From: Hemiscyllium ocellatum
Lineage: Eukaryota
Reading direction: 5' to 3'
Length of the DNA stretch: 64,000 nucleotides
Assembly (NCBI RefSeq): GCF_020745735.1
Contig: NC_083435.1
Coordinates: 38,527,090-38,591,089, forward strand
The notes beneath the pieces were generated by a model that saw nothing but the letters and a program-made list of their open reading frames with translations, made no database searches and was not told the origin of the DNA. Made by a program: the position numbers and the translations under genes. Positions 1-31,998 of this stretch are shown one piece after another; the first letter of the stretch is position 1; every line of letters begins with the position of its first letter.

Positions 1-20450
<20,450 letters not shown>

Positions 20451-20949
20451 CTGATTCTAAGCCAGCTCTGTTCCTTTCGAGACTTTGAGTTCAGAATCTG
20501 TATGTCTCTATGTCTTAATAACCTGACTCACACCCTGGTCGGGAGAGTAAGGCCTTAGTTGAGGTCGATCACAATAGTCAGCCTGTGGAAGTGTCCAGTG
20601 TGGTGCTCCAGCCCCTAAGACATGTAAAAGATAGTCCCTTTGATGAGGCATTAATTCCGGCACTCCAGAGGAGACATTGTGGAGCCCCAGTCAGCACAAG
20701 TACTAGCACAGTGAGCTCAACTTACACACTGACTCTACCCTGAGGTCAATGCACCCTCAACTACTCTGCAGCTCATATCTGATTTCTTTCAAACTAGCCC
20801 AGATTCTGACATCTATTTTAGTCTTTTATCTGGTAATTTATATCCACAAAAGCCTAGACAGCTATCAGCTTGGTTACACACATGAGGTGGTCTCCTGCTG
20901 TCACAGCCCACCATCGTACCATCTGTCTATGAGGAGGTTCAGTTATCAG

Positions 20950-21225
20950 CAAGGAACATTTGCCCAACCAAACCTGTACTGTACCGGGCAGGATGATCTC
21001 TGAGAGCTTTGTGGTCCTCAGGGATATAATCGCCAACGTTCAGGACAGGGGGTTGGACACCTGCCTCATCAGCCTGGACCAGGAGAAAGCCTTTGACAGG
21101 ATATCACACAGGTATATGTGGGGCGTAGTCTCTAATGGGCTTTGGGAAGGGAATCCACAATTGGAGCCGACTGCTCTACACCAACATCAGTAGTGCAGTC
21201 TCAATCAATGGGTGGGAATCAGATT
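20950..21225 (+). mobile_element. L1/Tx1-clade LINE reverse transcriptase fragment
   Basis: ORF 20960-21193 reads VPGRMISESFVVLRDIIANVQDRGLDTCLISLDQEKAFDRISH; LDQEKAFDR is a typical L1/Tx1 RT motif. Confidence 0.8.
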
Positions 21226-22109
21226 CTGGATCTGATCTGGAAACTGTCTGATTCCCACTACCTTGACCTCTTTCAGGAATTGTGCAGTAGACAGCCTTGC
21301 TATCATCTACATGATGTTAGGGAGACCAGTCAAAGCAGATGTTATTTACCCTGGCTATGTGTGGTTTGACCCATTGGATGCAGGTGAATGTGAGGATGGG
21401 GTGTTATACCTCATCACCTTACAATAGATTTTATCCGATAGAAGAAAGAACTAGTACAGTGACTAATTACGGAGGCCACACTCAACCAAACAGTCTCCAT
21501 GCAGTTATTAAAGACTCTTTTGCGACTGTAAATATCCATTTTGTATTTGGATTCACAGAAAGCAGGGGTGTGAACCCACTGGTGTTTTTAATTTTAGTGT
21601 TTGAGACTTGTGACTGTATTAAAGAAAATAATTAAGATTAGGACACTTTTAGTCTTAACTTTTGCAATAATTAAGCTTTTCTGTGTATGAAATTGAAAGT
21701 ACATAATTAAGGATGTTTGTATAGAGAAAGGGCTAAGGGTTTTGGGCTGACTGTCTGAAATTCAGATGTTTACCAGCAAAGGAAATTTGACTTGGGGCAC
21801 TGAGGCTCATGGGATCAAGAGGAGGGACAGTGGCCAAGCAGCCCTCAGCCTAAACAACTAGGCCCAATATAAATTGGGCATAGCTTCTGCAAGCAAGGCC
21901 AGAAGGAGTGCAGAGACCAAGGTTACCACAGGTCAAAGGTCAGCAGGGACCAGCCCAGACCTGTCTTGAACATTGAACAGAGGTGATCGAACTTAACAAT
22001 GGGGCAGTTATTATATCCCAAAACCCATCAAGAGATACACAATCAGAACAATAGGAAAATACGTTAGCTTTATGTATTCCCCAGGTTCAGGCAGACTCCT
22101 TGGCATCTA

Positions 22110-22480
22110 CAAAAAAACCCAGAGAACTGCTGATGCTGGAAATCAGAAACAAAAGCAAAAGTTGCTGGAGAAATTCACACATTCTGCCAGCATGTGTGGA
22201 GAAAAGGCAGAGTTAATGTTTCAGATCTAATGACCCTTCTTCAGAACTGATGGTAGCTAAGAAATGGTTGGTATATTTGCTGAAGATGGGGTGCCAAGGT
22301 GAAGGAGGGAGGAGGACATCATAGGTGGTGATAGAGCCCAGAGAAAGAGAACAGCGGTTGGGCAGGCAAATGGAATGGGGAAAGGTCAGCCTGGGGAATC
22401 AATAGCTGCAAATGGGGACCAAGCAGAAAATCAGGTGCTGTTCTTCCAGCTTTAGCTGAGATTCTTTGGAGGACTGAGGC
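22110..22480 (-). mobile_element. Penelope-like element 3' end fragment with decayed hammerhead
   Basis: Minus strand reads CTGAAGAAGGGTCATTAGATCTGAAACATTAACTCTG then ...CCAGCATCAGCAG, same architecture as the PLE termini at 27540-27665 and 43111-43355. Confidence 0.6.
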
Positions 22481-23024
22481 AGGCTCCTTGTCACCTTGGA
22501 TTAATCATATCTTGAAAGGATATAAGTGCACTGAGATGGCCTGGCCTAATCTCATTGGGCGCTTGACCCCTACCCTGTGACCCCACTGGAGGACGCCAAA
22601 GAATATGCCAGAAGGACCCAGGAAGGGATAAAAACAAACATATGGAGACAACTCTCAGTGAAGACCTAACCAGCATGCAGAGACCTGCAACTATGACAAT
22701 GGAAGGATGTGTGAGATCTTCCTTTGATCCAGGAAGACCTTGAGTCCTTGGGTCAACAGAGCTCAGTGAATTGAATCCAGCAGCCCAGTCATATTCACCA
22801 GACCAGCCGCATATGTGTATCTGTACAGTCAGCCTGGTCTGGGAAAAGTTAACTTAATTTGTTGTGTAAGGGTTGTTTCTTTAATGTGCGAGTGTTTTAA
22901 TCAAATTACATTTGAACTGCAGTCCTTTGTTTATCTCGTAAAATAAGAGCACCTGGGTAATGCGGGATTGAGTAATAAACTGGGCAAACTATCTGTAGAG
23001 AATAATTCATAGGCAACAATTGAG

Positions 23025-23910
23025 ATGAGGATGAATTTATTCTGTGAGAGGGTTCTGAGTCTTTGGAACCGGTTGCTACAGGGAGCTGTGGTGGTGCAGT
23101 GTCCTTGTGTATAATTAAGGCTGAGATAGTCGATCCCTGATCAATATGGGATTGAAGTTTATGAAGAAAGGGCAGGAAAGTGACCGTGAGGAGTCTCGGA
23201 TCAGCCATGATCCTGTTGCATAGCAGAACAGGCTGGAGGGGCCAATTGGTCTTCTCCTGATCATATTGCTAATGGGTCTTCGGACATGGCAATTGATGTT
23301 GGCTACCATAACTAATCAGGAGCAGCTCCCCTGTTCCTTATGATCTCCTTATTTCCAGAAAGCCTTTGACAAAATGCTGCACAGAAGGCTGCTAAGTAAG
23401 ATGTTAAGATCTTAAGATTAAGGTGTTAAGAATGTAAAATTAAGCTTAAGTTGTTAACCCCATGATGTTAAGAGCAAGGTACTGGCATGGATAGAAGATT
23501 TTCTGACTGGCAAAAGCAGAGAGTAGGGATAAAGGATTATTTTCAGGATGGTAGCTGATGACTAGTGGAGATCCATAGGGATCAGTGTTGGCACCACAAC
23601 TGCTTATATTATACATTAACAATCCAGACAAAGGAACTGAGTTTGCAGATGACACAAAGATATGTGGAGGGCCATGAAGTGTTGAGAAAGCAGAGAGGCT
23701 GCAGAAGGACTTGGACAGGCTAGGAGAGTGGGCAAAGATGTGACAGATGCAATACAGTGTGGCAAATTGCAAGGTTATACATTTAGTTAGGAATAATAGA
23801 GGCATTGACTATTTTCTCAACAGGGAAAGCCTTCAGAAATCTGAAGCACAAAGAGACGAGGGAGCATTAATATAGGATTCTCTTCAGGTTAACATGCAGG
23901 TTCAGGTTCA
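23025..23910 (+). mobile_element. Degenerate CR1-type LINE fragments (3' end 23025-23300; RT region 23340-23910)
   Basis: CCAGAAAGCCTTTGACAAA (QKAFDK), TTTGCAGATGACACAAAG (FADDTK), CTGCAGAAGGACTTGGACAGGCTAGGAGAGTGGGCA (LQKDLDRLGEWA); many stops and indels. Confidence 0.75.
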
Positions 23911-23911
23911 T

Positions 23912-24377
23912 GCATGAGCAAAACCAACGTAGTGTACAAAATCCCATGCAAGGACTGCGCAAAACACTACACAGGACAAACAGGAAGACAGCTAACAACC
24001 CGCATCCATGAACACCAACTGGCCACGAAACGACATGACCAGCTATCCCTAGTAGCCATACACTCAGATGACAAACAACATGAATTCGAATGGGACAACA
24101 CCACTGTTATAGGGCAGGCCAAACAGAGAACAGCCAGGGAATTCCTAGAGGCATGGCACTCATCCACAAATTCTATCAACAGACACGTCGACCTAGACCC
24201 TATATACCAGCCACTGCAGCGGACAGCAACTGACAACCGGAAGCGGCAGATTCAAACCGGTATAAATGCCAGAGGAATCAGCACAGAAGCGCTTCACAGG
24301 AGGCTCCCAAGCACTGAAGATGTCACCTAGAAAGGGGACGAAACGTTTGCAAGAAAAACTCCCAGCTCTGCGAACAG
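23912..24377 (+). mobile_element. 5'-truncated Penelope/Poseidon-type PLE: GIY-YIG endonuclease C-terminus plus terminal hammerhead region
   Basis: ORF 23914-24330: NVVYKIPCKDCAKHYTGQTGRQLTTRIHEH...AREFLEAWHS...INRHVDLDPIY (GIY-YIG motifs VY..., YxGQT, R, E). Confidence 0.88.
24311..24350 (+). ncRNA. Candidate minimal (dimer-type) type I hammerhead ribozyme
   Basis: GCA-CTGAAGA-T-GTCACC-TAGAAA-GGGGAC-GAAA-CGT-T-TGC: CUGANGA and GAAA cores, stem II with one A.G mismatch, stem I GCA/UGC, palindromic ACGU in place of stem III. Lies at the 3' end of a PLE. Confidence 0.65.
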
Positions 24378-27300
24378 ACTAAGATAAAAGGTAGGGAGGA
24401 GGTACTTTGGGGAAGGGGCATTGGAAATGCGATAGGTGGAAGGAGGTCAAGGTGAGGGTGATAGGCCGGAGTGGGGGTGGGAGCGGAGAGGTCAGGAAGA
24501 AGATTGCAGGTTAGGAAGGTGGTGCTGAGTTCAAGAGTTGGGACTGAGACAAGGTGGGGGGAAGGGAAATGAGGAAGCTGGAGAAATCTGAGTTCATCCC
24601 TTGTGGTTGGAGGGTTCCTAGGCGGAAGATAAGGCGCTCTTCCTTCAGCCGTCGTGTTGCTGTGGTCTGGCGATGGAGGAGTCCAAGGACCTGCATGTCC
24701 TTGGTGGAGTGGGAGGGGGAGTTGAGCCACGGGGTCGTTGGGTTGGTTGGTCCGGGCGTCCCAGAGGTGTTCTCTGAAACGTTCCACAAGTAGGCGGCCT
24801 GTCTCCCCAATGTAGAGGAGGCCACATCGGGTGCAGCAGATGCAGTAAATGGTGTGTGTGGAGGTGCAGGTGAATTTGTGGCAGATATCGAAGGATCCCT
24901 TGGGGCCTTGGAGGGAAGTAAGGGGAGAGGTGTGGCACAAGTTTTACATTTCTTGCGGTTGCAGGGGAAGGTGCCGGGGGTGGAGGTTGGGTTGGTGGGG
25001 GGTGTGGACCTGATGAGGGAGTCACAGAGGGAGTGATCTTTTCGGAACACTGATAGGGGAGGGGAGGGAAATATATCCTTGATGGTGGGGTCCGTTTGGA
25101 GGTGGCGGAAATGACGACAGATGATACGTTGTATACGAAGGTTGGTGGGGTGGTAGGTGAGGACCAGTGGGGTTCTGTCCTGGTGGCGATTGGAGGGGCG
25201 GAGCTCAAGGGCGGAGGAGCGGGAAGTGGAGGAGATGCGGTGGAGGGCATCGCCGATCACGTCTGGGGGGAATCTGCAGTCCTTGAAGAAGGAGGCCATC
25301 TGGGTTGTACGGTGTTGGAATTGGTCCTCCTGGGACTAGATGCGGCAGAGACGAAGGAATTGGGAATATGGGATGGCGTTTTTACAGGGGGCAGGTTGGG
25401 AGGAGGTGTAGTCTAGGTAGCTGTGGGAATTGGTCAGTTTATAGTAAATGTCCGTGTTGATTCGGTCGCCAGGATAGAAATGGAAAGGTCTAGGAAGGGG
25501 AGGGAGGAGTCTGAGACAGTCCAGGTAAATTTGAGGTCGGGGTGGAAGGTGTTAGTAAAGTGGATGAACTGTTCAACCTCCTCGTGGGAGCACGAGGCAG
25601 CGCCGATACAGTCATCGATGTAGCGGAGGAAAAGGTAGGGGGTGGTGCCAGTGTAGTTGCGGAAGATGGACTGTTCCACAAATCCTACGAAGAGGCTGGC
25701 ATAGCTGGGGCCCATGCGGGTGCCCATGGCAACTCCTTTGGTTTGGAGGAAGTGGGAGGATTGGAAAGAGAAGTTGTTCAGAGTAAGGAGCAGTTCAGTC
25801 AGTCGAAGGAGGGTGTCAGTGGAAGGGTACTGGTTGGTACAGCAGGAAAGGAAAAAGCGGAGGGCTTTGAGTCCTTCGTGATGGGGGATGGAGGTGTACA
25901 GGGACTGGATGTCCATGGTGAAGATAAGGCGTTGGGGACTGGGGAAGCGAAACTCATGGAGGAGGTGGAGGACGTGGGTGGTGTCCCGAACGTAGGTGGG
26001 GAGTTCTTGGACTAAGGGGGACAGGACCATGTCGAGGTATGCAGAGATGAGTTCGGTGGGGCAGGAGCAGGCTGAGACAATGTGTCGGCCGGGGCAGTCA
26101 GGTTTGTGGATTTTGGGCAGGAGGTAGAAACGGGCGGTGCGGGGTTGTGGGACTATGAGATTGGATGTGGTGGATGGGAGATCCCCTGAGGTGATGAGGT
26201 TATGGATGGTCTGGGAGATGATGGTTTGGTGTTGGGAGGTGGGGTCATAGTCAAGGGGGCAATAGGAGGAGGCGTCCGCGAGCTGGCGTTTAGCCTCAGC
26301 GGTGTAAAGGTCGGTGCGCCAAACTACTACCGCACCTCCCTTGTCTGCCGGTTTGATGGTGAGGTTGGGGTTGGAGCGGAGGGAGTGGAGGGCTGCACAT
26401 TCCGAGGGTGAGAGGTTGGAGTGGGTGAGAGGGGTGGAGAGGTTGAGGCGGTCAATGTCACGGCAGCAATTGGCTATGAAGAGATCGAGGGCAGGTAAGA
26501 GGCCAGAACGGGGCGTCCAGGTGGATGGGGTGTGTTGGAGGCGGGAGAAGGGGTCATCAGAGGGTAGGAGAGAATCCTGGTTGAAGAAGTAGGCACGGAG
26601 GCGAAGGTGGCGGAAGAATTGTTCGATGTCTCGCCGCGTGTTGAACTCGTTAATCCGAGAGCGTAGGGGAATGAAGGTGAGGCCTCTGCTGAGGACTGAT
26701 CTTTCATCCTCAAAGAGGGGGAGGTCTGGAGGGATGGTGAAAACACGGCAGGGCTGGGAGCTAGGACCTAGTGTGGGGCTGGAGCTGGGAGTGGGAGCAG
26801 GGTTAGGCGTGGGGGCGGGGTTGGGCGTGGGGGCGGGAATCGGGGCAAGGATGGAGATCGGAGCGGGGGCGGAGTTAGGCATGGAGGCGGGGTTCGGCGT
26901 GGGGACGGAGATCGGCGTGGGAGTGGGGTTAGGCATGCGAAACTTGCGCCCACACCTCCCTCCTCACTTTCCTCCAAGGTCCCAAGGTATCCTTCCATAT
27001 CCGCCACAAATTCACCTGCACCTCCACACACATCATTTACTGCATCCGCTGCACCCAATGTGGCCTCCTCTATATTGGGGAGACAGGCCGCCTACTTGCG
27101 GAACATTTCAGAGAACACCTCTGGGACACCCAGACCAACCAACCCAACCACCCCGTGGCTCAACACTTCAACTCCCCCTCCCACTCCACCAAGGACATGC
27201 AGGTCCTTGGACTCCTCCATCGCCAGACCATAGCAACACGATGGCTGGAGGAAGACCGCCTCATCTTCCGCCTAGGAACCCTCCAACCACAAGGGATGAA

Positions 27301-27665
27301 CTCAGATTTCTCCAGCTTCCTCATTTCCCCTCCCCCCACCTTGTCTCAGTCCCAACTCTTGAACTCAGCACCACCTTTCTAACCTGCAATCTTCTTCCTG
27401 ACCTCTCCGCCCCCACCCCACACCAGCCTATCACCCTCACCTTGACCTCCTTCCACCTATCGCATTTCCAATGCCCCTCCCCCAAGTCCCTCCTCCCTAC
27501 CTTTTATCTTAGCCTGCTGGACACACTTTCCTCATGCCTGAAGAAGGGCTCATGCCCGAAACATCAATTCTCCTGTTCCTTGGATGCTGCCTGACCTGCT
27601 GCGCTTTTCCAGCAACACATTTTCAGCTCTGATCTCCAGCATCTGCAGTCCTCACTTTCTCCTCC
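24378..27665 (-). mobile_element. Neptune-type PLE (RT + GIY-YIG, inactivated) with inverted 3' copy at 26946-27665 on +
   Basis: ORF 25434-26936: IKPADKGG, FYLLPKIHK, TMDIQSLYTSIP, GVAMGTRMGP, LRYIDD, LPFLDL. A 1-nt frameshift near 25465 and an in-frame TAG near 25337 follow; then Cys-rich linker PCNRKKCKTC and [18 protein letters not shown]. The + arm repeats the endonuclease and terminus, ending ...CAGCATCTGCAGTCCTCACTTTCTCCT. Confidence 0.93.
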
Positions 27666-28530
27666 TTGTGAAACAAAAAAGCCAAGATTGAATGGTGAAG
27701 CAGATTTGATGGGCAGGATGGCCTAATTCCATTCCTATGCCTTATGGTCTTATGATCTCAGAAGCTTTCAGCAGTATTGCAGTGCTGAATTAACTGAACA
27801 GAAGGACAATACAATGTGACATAAAGCAGGCTGCCCTTCACTGTTAGAGCACACTGACTTAATGGTAGAATGTAAAATTTCTCCTGCAGAGAGAGACATT
27901 GTAAAGGCACTGTGTGTATCCCAAGCTGCAGTTTAACTTTGAACACTCTGCCTGAGTTTTGATGCAGCACTTGAACTGAAGACAGCCAGGCTATGTTTGT
28001 TTTGGCAAATGGTTAATTTGAGCAATATATTTATATTGCAATCCAGGATATGTTTCAGTGGCACCCAATTGTGAACATAGAGAGAAGAACTCAGCTTCTC
28101 AGTCACAAAGCGAAAGGGAAGCAGCATATTGAGATGATACTAGAGTCTGAGTCCCTGCCACTGTCTGCATTCTCGGGTTTAAATTGGCCTTCAGATGTTG
28201 TACCAACTGGGTAATGATTTATTGCATGACTCACTCACTGACTTCTCCAGCTCAATGGAAATGGGGATAGGATAGTGGGTAAAACAAGCTACTAATTCAC
28301 TGCTGTTCACTTGCACTTCTGTCTGAGCCTGATTTCTCCACCAGTCACTGCTCCAATTCTGACAGTTAGTCAGATGGGGCAGATTTAATGGCATCTTCCC
28401 ATTGCTAAAGATGAGACAAAGTGATTCACCTGATAATATTCTAATTTTCATTCTGATTTTTCCAACCTATTACTCACAGCTGTATCAAAATAAATCTTGC
28501 CAATTTCTGATTAAAGTATTGGATGTACTA

Positions 28531-28857
28531 GGTACAGTGGCTCAGTGGTTAGCACTGCTGCCTCAGGGTGCTAGGGACCTGAGTTCAATTCCAGCCTTGG
28601 GTGACCATCTGTGAGGAGTTTTCACATTCTCCCCATGTCTGCATGGGTTTCCTCCCATGTTCCAAAAGGTGTGCAGGTTAGGTGGATTGGCCACGCTAAA
28701 TTGCCCATAGTGTTCAAGGCTATGTAGACTAGGTGGGTTAGCCATTGGAAATGCAGGGTTACAGGGGTGGGGTGGATCTGGATGGGATGTGCTTCATAGG
28801 GTCAGTGTGGGCTCAATGGGCTGAATGGCCTGCTTCCACACGATAGAGATTCTATGA
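28531..28857 (+). mobile_element. HE1-like tRNA-derived V-SINE
   Basis: A box GTGGCTCAGTGGTTAG, B box GAGTTCAATTCC, V-domain-like core TTCTCCCCATGTCTGCATGGGTTTCC, CR1-type tail GGGCTGAATGGCCTG...ATTCTATGA. Confidence 0.88.
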
Positions 28858-29162
28858 CACTACCCCACCATTAGCTGCTATTGTTGGCAATCAGAGACTA
28901 AGGCCGTAGTCCATTAAACTCTTGGAAGAGGACTCAGTCAATTCAGTTAAATTGATTCAAATTTGTTCAGTCTGTTAGTTATAATGGTCCATGTATATGA
29001 ACATCCTTAACCCACCTCTCACAATATAAATATGTACAGTTAGTGATAATCTCAACTTAAAGGGGATTCTAATGAAAGGTCATCTTAACTTGACTGAAAC
29101 ATTAATGCTGTTTTTCTGCCCAGATGTCCATGCCTGACCTGTTACATATTTCTAGCACCTTA

Positions 29163-29477
29163 CAGGTGGCTCAATGGTTAGCACTGCTGCCTCACAGCGC
29201 CAGGGACCTGGGTTTGACTCCACCCTCGGGTGACTGTCCGTGTGGAGTTTGCACATTCTCCCTGTATCTGCGTGGGTTTCCTCCGGGTGCTCCAGTTTCC
29301 TCCCACAATCCAAAGATGTACAGGTCGGGTGAATCGGTCATGCTAAATTGCCCATAGTGTTAGGTGCATTAGTCAGAGGGAAATGGGTCTGGTGGATTAC
29401 TCTTTGGAGGGTCGGTATGGATTTGTTAGGCTGAAGGGCCTGTTTCGACACTGTAGGGAATCTAAACTAATCTAAAT
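29163..29477 (+). mobile_element. HE1-like tRNA-derived V-SINE
   Basis: GGTGGCTCAATGGTTAGCACTGCTGCCTCACAGCGCCAGGGACCTGGGTTTGACTCC, same core as the 28531 copy, tail GGCCTGTTTCGACACTGTAGGGAATCTAAACTAATCTAA. Confidence 0.88.
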
Positions 29478-29768
29478 TAAAGCTCAAATTATAGAGGACT
29501 ACTAGTATCTAAATTACACATTAATAAGATAGGTTTCTGTCAGTGCAGCCTATCAGAGTGTTGGGTACAAGTTGTCTGTGATTTTCCATCAGAATTTAAT
29601 AGATAGTAAGATGTCCATAAAACTTGTCGTCTTTTTCATTAGAACGCTCAGTGGATGACGCTATTTCCTGGATATAGAATATTTTTTAAAATGCCACAAT
29701 TGCTGTGTTGTGATAAAAACACACTGTCAGCATGATTTTCTATTCTTAGGCAGTGGAGCACAGATGTG

Positions 29769-30775
29769 CTGTATATCTAACCTCATGCTGTCCCTGTCCT
29801 GGGGATGTTTGATGGAGACAGTGTAGAGGGAGCTTTACTGTATCTAACCCTGTTCTGTCCCTGTCCTGGGAGTGATTGACGGAGACAGTGTACCGGGAGC
29901 TTTACTGTATCTAACCCCGTTCTGTCCCTGACCTGAGAGTGTTTGATGGGGACAGTGTACAGGGAGCTTTACTGTATCTAACCCTGTTCTGTCCCTGTCC
30001 TGGGTGTGATTGATGGGGACAGTGTACAGGGAGCTTTACTGTATTTAACCATGTTCTGTCCCTATCCTGGGAGTGATTGATGAAAACAGTGTACAGGGAG
30101 CTTTACTGTATCTATCCTCATTTTGTCCCTGTCCTGGGAATGATTGATGGGGTCAGTGTAGAGGGAGCTTTACTGTATCTAACCCTGTTCTGTCCCGTCC
30201 TGGGAGTGATTGATGGGGACAGTGTACAGGGAGCTTTACTGTATCTAACCCTGTTCTGTCCCTGTCCTGGGAGTGATTGATGGGGACAGTGTACAGGAAG
30301 CTTTACTGTATCTAACCCTGTTCTGTCCCTGTCCTGGGAGTGATTGATGGGGACAGTGTAATGGGAGCTTTACTCTGTGTCTAACCCTGTTCTGTCCCTG
30401 TCCTGGGAGTGATTGATGGGGACAGTGTACAGGAAGCTTTACTGTATCTAACTCTGTTCTGTCCCTGTCCTGGGAATGATTGATGGGGACAGTGTAATGG
30501 GAGCTTTACTCTGTGTCTAGCCCTGTTCTGTCCCTGTCCTGGGAGTGATTGACGGGGACAGTGTAATGGGAGCTTTACTCTGTATCTAACCCTGTTCTGT
30601 CCCTGTCCTGGGAGTGATTGATGGGGACAGTGTACAGGAAGCTTTACTGTATCTAACTCTGTTCTGTCCCTGTCCTGGGAATGATTGATGGGGACAGTGT
30701 AATGGGAGCTTTACTCTGTATCTAACCCTGTTCTGTCCCTGTCCTGGGAGTGATTGACGGGACAGTGTACAGGGA
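29769..30775. repeat. 67/69-bp minisatellite, about 15 copies
   Basis: Unit CTGTATCTAACCCTGTTCTGTCCCTGTCCTGGGAGTGATTGATGGGGACAGTGTACAGGGAGCTTTA; AACCCTG recurs at 30247 and 30314 (67 bp). A 69-bp variant (AATGGGAGCTTTACTCTG) occurs in the 3' half. Confidence 0.95.
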
Positions 30776-31365
30776 CTGTGATTGTTGATAGACCATCTAC
30801 TTGACCTTAATTGCATGATTTGCACCCATTAGATTTTATTGGCAGGACGAAGGGGTAGATGCAAGCTATGTCCTTACTCTTGCTCGAGAGTTTGATCTGA
30901 GTTGAGGAAGGGAGATTGGGAAGAGTGAGGGTAGAGATGGGACAAGAATGACTATTGAACAACAGGAGAAAAGTCCCAAATTGAAAGTGTAATACTGCAT
31001 CTTTAAACCCTGTGGGACTGGGATTTTTACTGACCAGTTTCAGTGGCTGAGCTTCTTGCCCAGCTTCTCTTGACCGTATTCGCTCTGATGACAGGGTCTT
31101 CAGGGTTAAAGGACAAAGGCAGCAAAAACAACTGCATGATCTTTTCCCCAATGGATTGAACTTCCTGATGGGAGGTTTTGATCATTACTCATGAAAAGTT
31201 ATTGACCTGAATTGTCAACACAATTTCTCTCTTCATAGTTATTGCCTGATCTGCTGAGCGATCCTATCATTTTCTGTTTTTGTGTCTGATAAATTCTGCT
31301 AAATCAAACAGCTTGGACATGGAGATTTCAGCTGGGAATATAGAACAGAGTAGGCAGCATTGGAG

Positions 31366-31568
31366 TAAAAAATGAGGTCTGCAGATGCTGGAGATCACAG
31401 CTGAAAATGTGTTGCTGGTTAAAGCACAGCAGGTTAGGCAGCATCCAAGGAACAGGAGATTCGACGTTTCGGGCATAAGCCTGATGAAGGGCTTATGCCC
31501 GAAACGTCGAATTTCCTGTTCCTTGGATGCTGCCTAACCTGCTGTGCTTTAACCAGCAACACATTTTC
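31366..31568. mobile_element. Non-autonomous PLE-derived hairpin insertion with 14-bp TSD
   Basis: ~80-bp inverted arms (CTGAAAATGTGTTGCTGG...CGACGTTTCGGGCATAAGCC / GGCTTATGCCCGAAACGTCG...CCAGCAACACATTTTCAG). AGGCAGCATTGGAG duplicated at 31352-31365 and 31569-31582. Hammerhead core CTGATGA-A-GGGC-TTAT-GCCC-GAAACGTC at 31481-31508. Confidence 0.9.
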
Positions 31569-31739
31569 AGGCAGCATTGGAGACTGAGTGAAACCTCCAA
31601 ACAGGAATGGTTTAGTTCAATAAACAGGTATCACTTCACTTACTATAATATCTTTTTAGAAAGATCCTCATGTCATTGCAATTCTTTCCCAGGAGAAACA
31701 AACTTTATTCAGAGAAATTCAGAACAGGCTTGTAGTTCA

Positions 31740-31782
31740 CCTGGAAACAGTTGATGGAGGAGATCTCAATTTGTGATTGGTT
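31740..31782 (+). promoter_or_regulatory. MHC class II promoter X1 and Y boxes
   Basis: CCTGGAAACAGTTG (31740-31753; resembles X1 CCTAGCAACAGATG) followed 19 nt later by GTGATTGGTT (inverted CCAAT, Y box), ~150-190 nt upstream of the ATG. Spacing matches the known ~19-20 nt X-Y distance. Confidence 0.8.
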
Positions 31783-31931
31783 TATTAATGCTAAACCGCA
31801 CGTCAATTACGGAGTCATACTCACTACAGTCAGTCAGATGGAAACTGGGCTTTGGAAAGGCTGACAGCACACCAAGAGGAGCTGGCCCTTGGTGAAGTCT
31901 GATCATATCTGAGAGAAACAAGGGGTTTACA

Positions 31932-31998
31932 ATGGAAGCCAAGAGTTACTTTGCTGTGTTAGTGCTGGTCTTCATTCAAGCAGCCTGGGCTGCAAAAT
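31932..31998 (+). CDS. MHC-IIA: MHC class II alpha exon 1 (signal peptide)
   Basis: ACAATGG Kozak context, hydrophobic leader [22 protein letters not shown], donor T|GTAAGT at 31998/31999. Too short for the ORF track. Confidence 0.92.

Noticed and set aside
25434-26936. Active or domesticated reverse transcriptase gene
   Set aside because: Frameshift near 25465, premature stop near 25337 and further frameshifts in the endonuclease; the + strand ORFs here are antisense shadows.
28531-29240. tRNA genes
   Set aside because: A and B boxes are followed by SINE core and LINE-type tail; no cloverleaf 3' end.
29769-30775. CRISPR-like array
   Set aside because: Units are contiguous with no unique spacers, no cas genes, and the context is vertebrate.
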